From Limisphaerales bacterium (GTDB lineage Bacteria > Verrucomicrobiota > Verrucomicrobiia > Limisphaerales > JAJOIW01): a stretch of DNA of 64,000 nucleotides. The notes under the pieces were generated by a model. It ran no database searches. It was not told the DNA's origin and worked only from the letters and a program-made list of their open reading frames with translations. Within the stretch, counting starts at the first letter, position 1. Every line of letters starts with the position of its first letter. Both the position numbers and the translations under genes were made by a program. The stretch lies in contig CBFHOE010000004.1 of the NCBI GenBank assembly GCA_965657355.1, positions 6,072 through 70,071 of the forward strand, read 5' to 3'. This document shows positions 48,230 to 57,257 of the stretch, one piece after another.

Positions 48230-48640
48230 ATGAATTATCAAATAAATATGATGCGAATTGGGGCATTCGCTGGGTTTTTATGTGTCAGTATAGGCGCTTT
48301 CGGGGCACATGGACTCGAGGCGATATTAATGGAGAATAAAAGGATATCTACATGGGAAACGGGTGTTTTCTATCATTGTTTTCATTCGCTGGCATTGATT
48401 GTGACGGCATGGACGGAAAATCGCAAAGTAGCCAAATGGCTAACCATTTTTTGGGGAAGTGGTATACTGATTTTTAGTGGTAGTCTTTATATATTATCGC
48501 TAACAAATATCGGTATCTTTGGAGCGATTACCCCTATAGGCGGAATACTTTTTCTTTCAGGTTGGGTTTGTCTCATGGTCAATGCCAATAAACTAAAAAA
48601 TTCAGCCAGATCGTCAGAATCCGACCTGGCTGGTTCATAA
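48230..48640 (+). CDS. DUF423 (YgdD/TMEM256) membrane protein
   Basis: GAFGAHGL, FSGSLY, GAITPIGG. Confidence 0.9.
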   Translation: MNYQINMMRIGAFAGFLCVSIGAFGAHGLEAILMENKRISTWETGVFYHCFHSLALIVTAWTENRKVAKWLTIFWGSGILIFSGSLYILSLTNIGIFGAITPIGGILFLSGWVCLMVNANKLKNSARSSESDLAGS

Positions 48641-48692
48641 GCCTTTATTTTATAGATCTTGTGAGGCCCCGTAGAGGAATCACTTCATGTGC

Positions 48693-50066
48693 TTACTCAA
48701 GAGATTTCTGCCATGGAACAGCTCCAGCTTTTTGAATTTGCTGTCTCAATTCTCCAGCCAATTCATTGAAGATTTTTTTGTTTTCACCTGCTAGATTGTT
48801 TTTTTCTTGTGGGTCTTCATCAAGGTTGTATAGCTCCAGCTCTGTGTATGGATTATTGTGGACAAGTTTCCATGGACCTTTTCTCACTGCATAATGGTCT
48901 TGCCCTTGATACCGACTATTACCCTCTCTTCTCACCCAAAAAAGAGTTCTTTCGATCTGAGTTTGATCTGCATTATTGGTGAGTGTATCTAGAATACTCA
49001 TGCCATCTATTTTATGCTGGATAGGGTATCCTGCGATTTCGCAAATGGTGGGGTAGAGATCCATGGTCATTGAAACAAGCGAAGACGTAGAGTTTGGTTT
49101 TATTTTTTTGGGCCAGACGGCGCACATCGGGACTTTGATTCCTCCTTCAAACATATCCTGTTTGCCACCCCTGAGATCGCCGCAATTGGCTCCGACATTG
49201 ATTTGGCCACCATTATCGCTGGTAAAGATGATGAGTGTATTATCGTATTGGCCATTGTCTTTTAAAGCTTTAATAACCTTACCAATGCCATAATCCATGT
49301 GCTCTATTAATGCCACCAGTTTTATTCTATCATCAGAGATCTCTTTTTCTCTTTCTCTGACTCTAATATACCATGCTCTTGGGGGCTGAATTGGTGTATG
49401 TGGGGCGTTGTATGCAAGGTAAAGAAAGAAAGGAGCCTCTTCTTTTCGGCACTCGTTAATATAATCAACAGCCCAATTGGAAAATAAATCTGTAGCATGC
49501 CCTTTGGGTCGGAAAGATTCCATTTGGTCTCGCATATAATTTTTTCCATGTCGGCGATGGGTGTAATAATTATCCATCATGTCACCAAGAAAGCCCTTGA
49601 AATAATCAAACCCTTTATTCAAAGGGTGGTTTTCTTTTTCAAGTCCCAAGTGCCACTTGCCGACCATGCCCGTGTTATACCCGGTTTTATTTAGCATTTC
49701 CGGAAGTAGTTTTGTTTTCGGATTAAGGTAACCCCAATTGTCTTTGGCAAAAGTTCTTATAACACCTGGAACACCCACCATTTCGGGAAATCTACCTGAG
49801 AGAAGTGAAGCTCTAGTTGGTGAACAAACCGGGCAGTTCGCATAGAAATTGTTGAGCCTTATACCGTCGCTCATGAGCTTGTCGATATGCGGAGACTTTA
49901 GATCGGTGGCCCCATATGAAGATAAATCACCATATCCGAGGTCATCGACCATTATGACGACAATATTGGGACGATCAGATCGGCTCTGCGCTGACAAATC
50001 CCCAACGAAAAATTGGGAGACCAGTGCAAGGACAATCACAAAGGAGAATTTTCTAATTGTTTGCAT
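48693..50066 (-). CDS. Formylglycine-type sulfatase, exported
   Basis: Signal peptide; PNIVVIMVDDLG, CSPTRASLLSGR, GKWHLG, SDNG. Confidence 0.93.
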   Translation of the reverse strand: MQTIRKFSFVIVLALVSQFFVGDLSAQSRSDRPNIVVIMVDDLGYGDLSSYGATDLKSPHIDKLMSDGIRLNNFYANCPVCSPTRASLLSGRFPEMVGVPGVIRTFAKDNWGYLNPKTKLLPEMLNKTGYNTGMVGKWHLGLEKENHPLNKGFDYFKGFLGDMMDNYYTHRRHGKNYMRDQMESFRPKGHATDLFSNWAVDYINECRKEEAPFFLYLAYNAPHTPIQPPRAWYIRVREREKEISDDRIKLVALIEHMDYGIGKVIKALKDNGQYDNTLIIFTSDNGGQINVGANCGDLRGGKQDMFEGGIKVPMCAVWPKKIKPNSTSSLVSMTMDLYPTICEIAGYPIQHKIDGMSILDTLTNNADQTQIERTLFWVRREGNSRYQGQDHYAVRKGPWKLVHNNPYTELELYNLDEDPQEKNNLAGENKKIFNELAGELRQQIQKAGAVPWQKSLE

Positions 50067-50110
50067 GACATCTATTAATAAACCAAAAACACTCTAAAAT
50101 AGAAGAACTA

Positions 50111-51274
50111 TCATAAGGCAATGAATTTTTTCAAACAATCGCATATATAATCAATCTGGTCTAATTTCAGGTCATGAAAGAGTGGTAGTGCAAGACCTTG
50201 ATGGTGTAATTTAAAAGAATTGGGAAGGTCATCATCTTTAAATCCAAAATTTTGCTTAAAGAAATCCAAACAATGTCCTGCCACAGACGCAGGACCGCAT
50301 CCGATTTTATGATTGCCCATCAGAAGGATGACTTTGTCCCTGTTTATTGAGTTATCTAAAACCACCATAAAAGTCTGCCAGGAGTGACCAGCATCAGCTG
50401 GAGGTAAATCAATGCCTGCCGTTCCGGCCAGGTTTGTGATATATCGCTCGACAAGTTCTTTCCGTCTTTGGAGTATAGTTGGAAATTCTTTTAGTTGGCT
50501 GTTGCCTATTGCTGCCTGGATATCTGTGATCCTGTAATTAAATCCCGCGCTAACAAATGTCTTGCTTCCATTTGACTCGATAGCTTGTCCATGGTTTCTC
50601 AGATGCTCTATGGAGAATTTTATGTCCGAGCTATTAGTTATAACACACCCACCTTCTCCCGTGGTTATTGATTTTCTTGGATGAAAGCTAAAAATCCCAC
50701 ATTCTCCGTATGTCCCTACCGGTTTTCCTTTATATGTCGTTCCCAATGCACAAGCGGCGTCCTCAATAACTCTGAGTCTATGTCGCTTGGCAATTTCAAT
50801 CAATTCGTCCAATGGGGCTGGTTTTCCGAATTCATGAATAATGACCAGTAATCCATCACCTTTTCCGCATGAGCCATTCTTTTCCTCCTTTTTTATGGCT
50901 TCTAGTAAGTGCCCTGGACTTATATTCGCACTTTTTAAGTCGACATCGGTGAAGACCGGCTTGTAACCGGATCTGACTGCCATATTTGCCGCAGATGGCC
51001 AAGCAAAAGAGGGAATATAGCATGGTGCCCCATGGCCCTCAGCAGCGCTCAGTGAAAGCATCGCCAAGTGAAGGCCGGCAGTCGCAGACGAAACAGAGCA
51101 CCCATGGTGAGCTCCATGCCTACGTGCAATTGTTGTCTCAAGAGTTTGGGCTTCCTTCCCCATAATGACCCAGCCACTCTTAAGAACATTCTCGACTGCC
51201 TCCAAGGTGCCTGGATTGAACCAAGGCTTTGCCATGGGAATAGCAGGTTGATCTGATTCAGGCTTTGAGGTCAT
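50111..51274 (-). CDS. DegT/DnrJ/EryC1/StrS sugar aminotransferase
   Basis: SSATAGLH, IEDAACALG, FSFHPRKSITTGEGG, GFNYR. Confidence 0.9.
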   Translation of the reverse strand: MTSKPESDQPAIPMAKPWFNPGTLEAVENVLKSGWVIMGKEAQTLETTIARRHGAHHGCSVSSATAGLHLAMLSLSAAEGHGAPCYIPSFAWPSAANMAVRSGYKPVFTDVDLKSANISPGHLLEAIKKEEKNGSCGKGDGLLVIIHEFGKPAPLDELIEIAKRHRLRVIEDAACALGTTYKGKPVGTYGECGIFSFHPRKSITTGEGGCVITNSSDIKFSIEHLRNHGQAIESNGSKTFVSAGFNYRITDIQAAIGNSQLKEFPTILQRRKELVERYITNLAGTAGIDLPPADAGHSWQTFMVVLDNSINRDKVILLMGNHKIGCGPASVAGHCLDFFKQNFGFKDDDLPNSFKLHHQGLALPLFHDLKLDQIDYICDCLKKFIAL

Positions 51275-52217
51275 TCTTAAAATATTCAGCCGTTTTTTGT
51301 ATTCCTTCCTCTAAATCAACTTGAGCTCTGAAATTAAAATCTTCCATAATTTTTTCCACGCTTGGCACTCGGAGTGCAATGTCAGCAGATAGAGCTGGCT
51401 TGAATATAATCTTAGAGGAAGAGTCGAGTACACGGCAAACGGTTTGAGCAAGACCCAAAATAGTGATTACAGCCCTGGCGTTTCCAATATTATAAGTTTG
51501 GCCAATAGCTTTTGGAGAGTCGAGGCAATGGATCATGCAATTAACAAAGTCATCGACATAGCACCAGGCTCTGATTTGGTTGCCCTCACCATGAATATAA
51601 ATATCCTCACCTCTAAGCGCTTTTTTGATGAAGATTTGTATGGCTCCTTCGCCCGTTTGCCCTGGTCCATAAACATTAAATGGCCGGACAGTCACCGTGG
51701 GTAAATTGTGCTGGGTGTGATAAGCCTTCACTAAATGTTCTCCTGATAGTTTGCTTACGGCGTAAACCCATCTCGCTTCACCCGCAGAACCTGTTACCGT
51801 AAGGTCTTCTTCTTTTGAGTTTAGAGCCAGTGAACCGAAAACTTCTGATGTTGAAAAATCTAGAAATCTGTCGGTAATACCTTTTTTTTGAGACACCTTT
51901 AAAACATTAGCAGTGCCAATCATGTTTACCTCCATTGTTTTGACTGGATCTTTGATCACGGTATCAATACCGGCAATGGCGGCTGCATGAACTACGAGAT
52001 CAACATCATTAAAGCTGGATTCCAGGAGCTCATAATCCAGCACATCTCCTTTGATTACCTTAATTTGTTCATTCCCAGAATGTTGGCTTTTGGAGAATGT
52101 ATCCCTCGCGAAATTGTCGTAGATTGTAATTTTGTTTTTGGAGATGAGCCTTGAGATTAAGGTGTTTGAAATGAATCCAGCACCGCCTGTGATAAATATA
52201 TGTTTGCCTTTAATCAT
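51258..52217 (-). CDS. NAD-dependent epimerase/dehydratase (extended SDR)
   Basis: ITGGAGFI, STSEVFG, YAVSK, RPFNVYGP. Confidence 0.9.
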   Translation of the reverse strand: MIKGKHIFITGGAGFISNTLISRLISKNKITIYDNFARDTFSKSQHSGNEQIKVIKGDVLDYELLESSFNDVDLVVHAAAIAGIDTVIKDPVKTMEVNMIGTANVLKVSQKKGITDRFLDFSTSEVFGSLALNSKEEDLTVTGSAGEARWVYAVSKLSGEHLVKAYHTQHNLPTVTVRPFNVYGPGQTGEGAIQIFIKKALRGEDIYIHGEGNQIRAWCYVDDFVNCMIHCLDSPKAIGQTYNIGNARAVITILGLAQTVCRVLDSSSKIIFKPALSADIALRVPSVEKIMEDFNFRAQVDLEEGIQKTAEYFKNDLKA

Positions 52218-52233
52218 TAAGAGATTTCAAAAG

Positions 52234-53361
52234 TTATTTAGATTGAAAATATTCGTCAATGGTATCTACAACGTATTCCTGTTGCTCCAATGTCAGTTCC
52301 GGATAAATGGGTATGGCCAGACTTGATTTTGCGTTTATTTCAGATACGGGCATTGAATTTTCCTCATAACCCAGGTCCCTGAAGCACTCCTGAAGATGCA
52401 AGGGTACCGGGTAATAAATTTCTGTCCCCACATCAGCAGATTTTAAATACTCTCGAAGTGCATCTCTGTGTGATTCTCCCGTGATTATGACAAATTGATT
52501 GTACGAATGCCTCCCATGAATTTCCATGGGAAGTCGGACGCTTCCATTATTAACTAAATTTTTTGCCTCAAATAAGGATTTATAGGTTTTCGCATTAGCG
52601 CGTCTTTTATCTATCCAATTTTCTAAATGGGGAAGTTTTGCGCCTATGACAGCTGCTTGAATGGCATCAAGTCTAAAGTTGCCTCCTATCATTGAATGAT
52701 AATATTTTGGTGACGAGCCGTGAACTCTTAGTTTTTTGAGTTTCTGATATTTTTCCTCTGACTGAGTAGTAATTAGACCGCCATCACCAGCTCCTCCTAG
52801 ATTTTTACTTGGGAAGAAAGAAAAGCAGCCGTAATCGCCAAAAGTGCCTGCATGCCGATCCCCATTTCTTGCCCCCAATGCTTGCGCGGCGTCTTCAATG
52901 ACTAATAGGCCGTATTTTTTAGCTAAATGTAAAATTGGTTCGATGTCCGCCAGTTGGCCATACAAATGAACAGGTATAATGGCTTTTGTCCTCTCGGTGA
53001 TCTTTTCCTCTATATTGCGAGGACAAATATTAAATGAGTCTTTATCAATATCGACAAACACAGGCTTAGCCCCCAAACGCGCAACCGATCCGCCGGTGGA
53101 AAAAAATGTGTATGGAGAAGTAATAACTTCATCTCCCGGGCCAATACCCTCTGCCATTAAAGATAATAACAAGGCATCTGTGCCGGATGAAACTCCAACG
53201 GAATATGCGCTTCCTGTGTAATCATTAAGTGCATCTTCACAGGAACTCACTTTAGGCCCCATGATAAAATATTGGGATTCCATTACTTCGGCAATGTTGT
53301 CATCAACAGCTCTTTTAATGGATTGATATTGGGCTTTTAAATCAAGTAGAGGAACTTTCAT
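52234..53361 (-). CDS. DegT-family aminotransferase, WbpE-like
   Basis: VPLLDLKAQY, SSGTDAL, EDAAQA, SFFPSKNLGGAGDGG. Confidence 0.9.
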   Translation of the reverse strand: MKVPLLDLKAQYQSIKRAVDDNIAEVMESQYFIMGPKVSSCEDALNDYTGSAYSVGVSSGTDALLLSLMAEGIGPGDEVITSPYTFFSTGGSVARLGAKPVFVDIDKDSFNICPRNIEEKITERTKAIIPVHLYGQLADIEPILHLAKKYGLLVIEDAAQALGARNGDRHAGTFGDYGCFSFFPSKNLGGAGDGGLITTQSEEKYQKLKKLRVHGSSPKYYHSMIGGNFRLDAIQAAVIGAKLPHLENWIDKRRANAKTYKSLFEAKNLVNNGSVRLPMEIHGRHSYNQFVIITGESHRDALREYLKSADVGTEIYYPVPLHLQECFRDLGYEENSMPVSEINAKSSLAIPIYPELTLEQQEYVVDTIDEYFQSK

Positions 53362-53386
53362 TATTTATAGGAACGGTAATTTATTT

Positions 53387-54037
53387 TTAACCTTTGAAGT
53401 CGTCGTAGGATTTTGTGCCGGTCGTAAGGTTTGTAGGAAGTGGGGTATCCTCATCAATTGACAGGCACTTCATACCTGCGGTGCCGATCTGATATTCGAA
53501 TTTGGATTCAGGGCAGATATATTTTCCATCTGCATTTGGTGTAAGTTTATGTCCGTGTCTTGACATCCAACCAAATTGTTTCCCTGGTACGCCCATAATA
53601 AGACCATAATTAGGAACATCATTTGTCACTACGGCACCTGCGGCAATGAATGCATATTTTCCAATCGTGACGCCACAAACGATGGTGGCATTTGCGCCAA
53701 TTGAAGCTCCTCGCCCGATTAGAGTCTTTTCGTAGAGAGATTTCCTGACAATTTGAGATCTCGGATTCGAAACGTTTGTGAGGACACATGATGGACCGAG
53801 AAAAACTTCATCTTCTATAATAGTGCCAGCGTATATGCTGACATTGTTTTGAACTTTGACGCCATTTCCGATGATTACACCAGAAGCGACCATCGTATTT
53901 TGGCCAAAGGAGCAATTGGTTCCAATTTTGGTGTCTTTACAGATATGAGAAAAATGCCAAATTTTGGTGCCGTTTCCTATCGAGGCCGGCTGGTCTATGA
54001 TTGCTGTGGGATGGACTTCGTATGGGTCTGCATTCAT
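53387..54037 (-). CDS. Hexapeptide-repeat N-acetyltransferase, WbpD-like
   Basis: IWHFSHI, KVQNNVSIY, LTNVSNPRS, left-handed beta-helix repeats. Confidence 0.9.
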   Translation of the reverse strand: MNADPYEVHPTAIIDQPASIGNGTKIWHFSHICKDTKIGTNCSFGQNTMVASGVIIGNGVKVQNNVSIYAGTIIEDEVFLGPSCVLTNVSNPRSQIVRKSLYEKTLIGRGASIGANATIVCGVTIGKYAFIAAGAVVTNDVPNYGLIMGVPGKQFGWMSRHGHKLTPNADGKYICPESKFEYQIGTAGMKCLSIDEDTPLPTNLTTGTKSYDDFKG

Positions 54038-54051
54038 GAAGTGAGTTTATG

Positions 54052-55048
54052 TCATTTGTTTTTTAGTTCTACAGGAAGTCCATTAGTGCCGATTGATTCC
54101 TGGCAGGCCTGAAGCACTCTAAGGACTTGAACGCCTGAGATGCCATCCGTGAGAGGATTTCTCCGTCGATTTGATGCATTCAAGAAATTCTTTGCATTCT
54201 TCTTTTAATGGTTCGAGTGCTGGTATTTCTACGGGTATTTCTGCTTTTTTAAAAGGAATGTCAGCTGCCTCGGTGACTCTAACATGCTGGTCGTATAAGA
54301 TCAGTTTTTTGGTAGATAATACATCATTAAAAACAGCCATTTTTTCATCCCCTATAATCACCATTCTCTGCTCCTTGAATGGGTTTAACCAACTCACGAA
54401 GATGTGCCCATTTACGTTATTGGGAAACTCTAAATTCGTCATGGTGACATCGGCAACTTCAGGGTTGAGATAGGTTGATGCCTTGCAAGCTACCTTTTCG
54501 GGGATAGTATCGGCCAGTCGCAATAAGACCGCAACATCATGAGGAGCAAAGCTCCATAAGGCATTTTCTTCGCGGCGAATCTTGCCAAAATTTAGTCGGT
54601 TGGAATAAAGATAGCGGATCTTGCCGAGCACTCCATTGGCTATGAGGCTTTTCAATGAGAGAATTGCTGGATGGTATTCCAACAAGTGGCCTACCATCAG
54701 AATACGGTTTTCTTCTTGCGCGCACCTGACCATCTCGAGCCCCTCGTCTACTGAAAGTGCCATGGGTTTTTCAACCAATACATCTTTTCCATTTCTCATG
54801 GCATCTATGGCCATTGATTTGTGAAGTGGAGCAGGGGTTGCAATAGCCACGCCGTGAATATCTGGGTCATCCAAAATTTCATCAAAATTCGAGGTGGTTT
54901 TTACATCGGGTGCTACGGATTGAGCCACTTCGAGGTTTTCGGGATTGGCGTCACAGACTTTCCTCAAAACGCCAAGTTCTTTGAAATTTCTGACCAGGTT
55001 TTTTCCCCAATACCCGGATCCTATAACTGCAATGTTTTGATTCAACAT
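54052..55048 (-). CDS. Gfo/Idh/MocA oxidoreductase (WbpB-like), apparent +1 frameshift near 54166
   Basis: IGSGYWG, LVEKP, MVGH, APHD; conserved tail RRNPLTDG..G.QVLRVLQACQES lies in the shifted frame and ends at 54052. Confidence 0.82.
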
Positions 55049-55137
55049 CTTATATATTAAAAATTATCAAAATTGCCCTTATAAATGAGAGAATAAAATT
55101 GAAATAAATCAGCAGTTGAGCTGGGTAATCGAGTGAT

Positions 55138-57228
55138 TCAACTCAAAGACTGCTTTTTCACAAGTTCACTGTAGAGTGCCGAGCAACTCATTAATGCATC
55201 GTGATTACCGATGGAGTCAATGGATCCATGATCCATGACCACAATTTTATCCGCATGTTTAACGGTGCTTAACCTATGGGCTATAATAAACGCCAATTTA
55301 CCAGCAATTAGTTCTGACATCGCTTTCTGGACTTTTACCTCGTTTTCCGTATCCAGTGCTGAGGTCGCCTCATCAAAGATAATGATCGGAGCTTTTTTGA
55401 GAAAAGCACGAGCTATCGATATTCTTTGTTTTTGGCCACCAGACAGTGTGTTTCCTTTTTCGCCGATTACTGTGTGGAATTTTTCAGGAAGACTATTTAT
55501 GAATTCAAGTGCTTGGGCATTTTTTGCTGCTTCAGAAATTTCCACTTCAGTGGCGTTTAGGTTTCCAAGTCTTATGTTGTTCTCAATTGTATCATTAAAC
55601 AAGACGGTATCCTGAGAAACTAAAGAAATATTTTCCCTGAGTTCTGCCAAATTAAAGTTTTTGATGTCTTGGCCATTGATTAAAATTCTCCCTTTTTTGG
55701 GATCATAGAAACGACAAAGCAGTTGGATTAGTGTCGTTTTTCCAGCTCCACTTGGCCCGACTATGGCAATGCTCTCTCCCATGGATGAATCCAAATTAAC
55801 ATCTGTTAATACGCCTGGACTGTGTGGTGTATATTCAAAATAGACATTTTGATAACCGACTTTGTCAATCTTATTTGGGAAAGCTTCTGGGTGCTCTGGT
55901 TGTTTTATCCCTATTGGCTGGTGGAGAATTTCTTCGATTCGATCCAGCGAAGCTAGGCCTTTTTTAATTTGGTTATGAATAGCACCAAGTTTTTTGATAG
56001 GCTCATAGGACAAATAAAGGGCCATGACGAGTGGCGTGAAATCTTCCAAGGTGATACCTTTGCCTGCTGCATAGTAAATAGCCATAGATATACCTATGGC
56101 ACTTATGAACTCTATGGTCGGAGAAAGAAAGCTACTATACTTGACGATTTTCATCTGTTCTTTGAACAGAGACTGAATCACTTGGGTGAATCTATTGGTT
56201 TCTCTATTTTGTAAATTAAAAGCTCTAACCTCTCTGTGTCCTGATAGATTCTCTTGCACCATTGCGGTCGCTTTACCTGTTTGGATCTGCATCTGAAGGG
56301 CTTTTTTGAGAAGTTTTTTTCCTGCAAACCGGATGGGGATGACACAAATTGGAATGATGGCTAGGCTGAAAAGGATGAATGCTATTTCCGATTGCTCAAT
56401 TGACGTGTAGATCAAAAAGGCCATCGCCCCGATAAAAGTAATGGGTTGTTTTATAAGATCGTTGGCGACATTGACAACAGAGTGTTGGAGTTGTGTCGTA
56501 TCATTGAATAATCTGCTCATCAGGTCGCCTTGAGGCTTATCTGTGAAAAATGAGATTTCCACCTCTTGCAATTTACTAAAGATTTTTTTTCTTATTTCTT
56601 CCAAGACCTTTAGGCCGGAAAAGTTAATAAGGTAAACGTTCATGAATCCACTAAAACCCCTTACTGCAAAAGTAATTGGAACAAGTCCCACAGCCAGCAT
56701 TATCATTTGCCATTGGCTCAAATTCAGTGATTGGATAAGCTCAGAGGGGGAGAAGGAGGGCCTTCCTAATTTTTCTAGCTGTTCCTTGTTTTTCTTTTTA
56801 ACAAATATTGGCCCAGAGATTTGTGCCATCTCTCCCGATTCTTTGGCGACCCAAATCGAATTCATTTCCTCTTTGCTCAAAGAAATTCTTGGCGATTCTT
56901 TTGAGTCGGCAACTTTTACGGGAGTGGCAGTTTTGTGCGGTATAAAGTTTGATGGGAGCGCGTTGGTCACGATGCCCACTTCTTTTGTATACCAGCCATT
57001 TTTCCATTCCAATGCACCCATAGAACCATCTTTTAGCCTGATAAAATAATGTTTTTCAGAGGTATGTAGATCTCCTGAAAAAATCAATGGGAAGATGGTT
57101 TTGGTCATGAATGGGAGGCCGAATCCACTCGAAATACCGTAAAGAATTCCAAAGCACACCGCCCCGACAAAGGGCCCTTTTACATGCTTGATCAGTTTGA
57201 AATATGGTCTCAGTCTTGGATGAATCAT
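55138..57228 (-). CDS. MsbA-like ABC exporter (TMD-NBD)
   Basis: GDLMSR, YEPIKKL, GPSGAGKTT, LSGGQKQR, DEATSALD; next to a lipid A acyltransferase. Confidence 0.85.
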   Translation of the reverse strand: MIHPRLRPYFKLIKHVKGPFVGAVCFGILYGISSGFGLPFMTKTIFPLIFSGDLHTSEKHYFIRLKDGSMGALEWKNGWYTKEVGIVTNALPSNFIPHKTATPVKVADSKESPRISLSKEEMNSIWVAKESGEMAQISGPIFVKKKNKEQLEKLGRPSFSPSELIQSLNLSQWQMIMLAVGLVPITFAVRGFSGFMNVYLINFSGLKVLEEIRKKIFSKLQEVEISFFTDKPQGDLMSRLFNDTTQLQHSVVNVANDLIKQPITFIGAMAFLIYTSIEQSEIAFILFSLAIIPICVIPIRFAGKKLLKKALQMQIQTGKATAMVQENLSGHREVRAFNLQNRETNRFTQVIQSLFKEQMKIVKYSSFLSPTIEFISAIGISMAIYYAAGKGITLEDFTPLVMALYLSYEPIKKLGAIHNQIKKGLASLDRIEEILHQPIGIKQPEHPEAFPNKIDKVGYQNVYFEYTPHSPGVLTDVNLDSSMGESIAIVGPSGAGKTTLIQLLCRFYDPKKGRILINGQDIKNFNLAELRENISLVSQDTVLFNDTIENNIRLGNLNATEVEISEAAKNAQALEFINSLPEKFHTVIGEKGNTLSGGQKQRISIARAFLKKAPIIIFDEATSALDTENEVKVQKAMSELIAGKLAFIIAHRLSTVKHADKIVVMDHGSIDSIGNHDALMSCSALYSELVKKQSLS

Positions 57229-57257
57229 CCTGGTCTAATTAAAATCTCTAGAAATGT

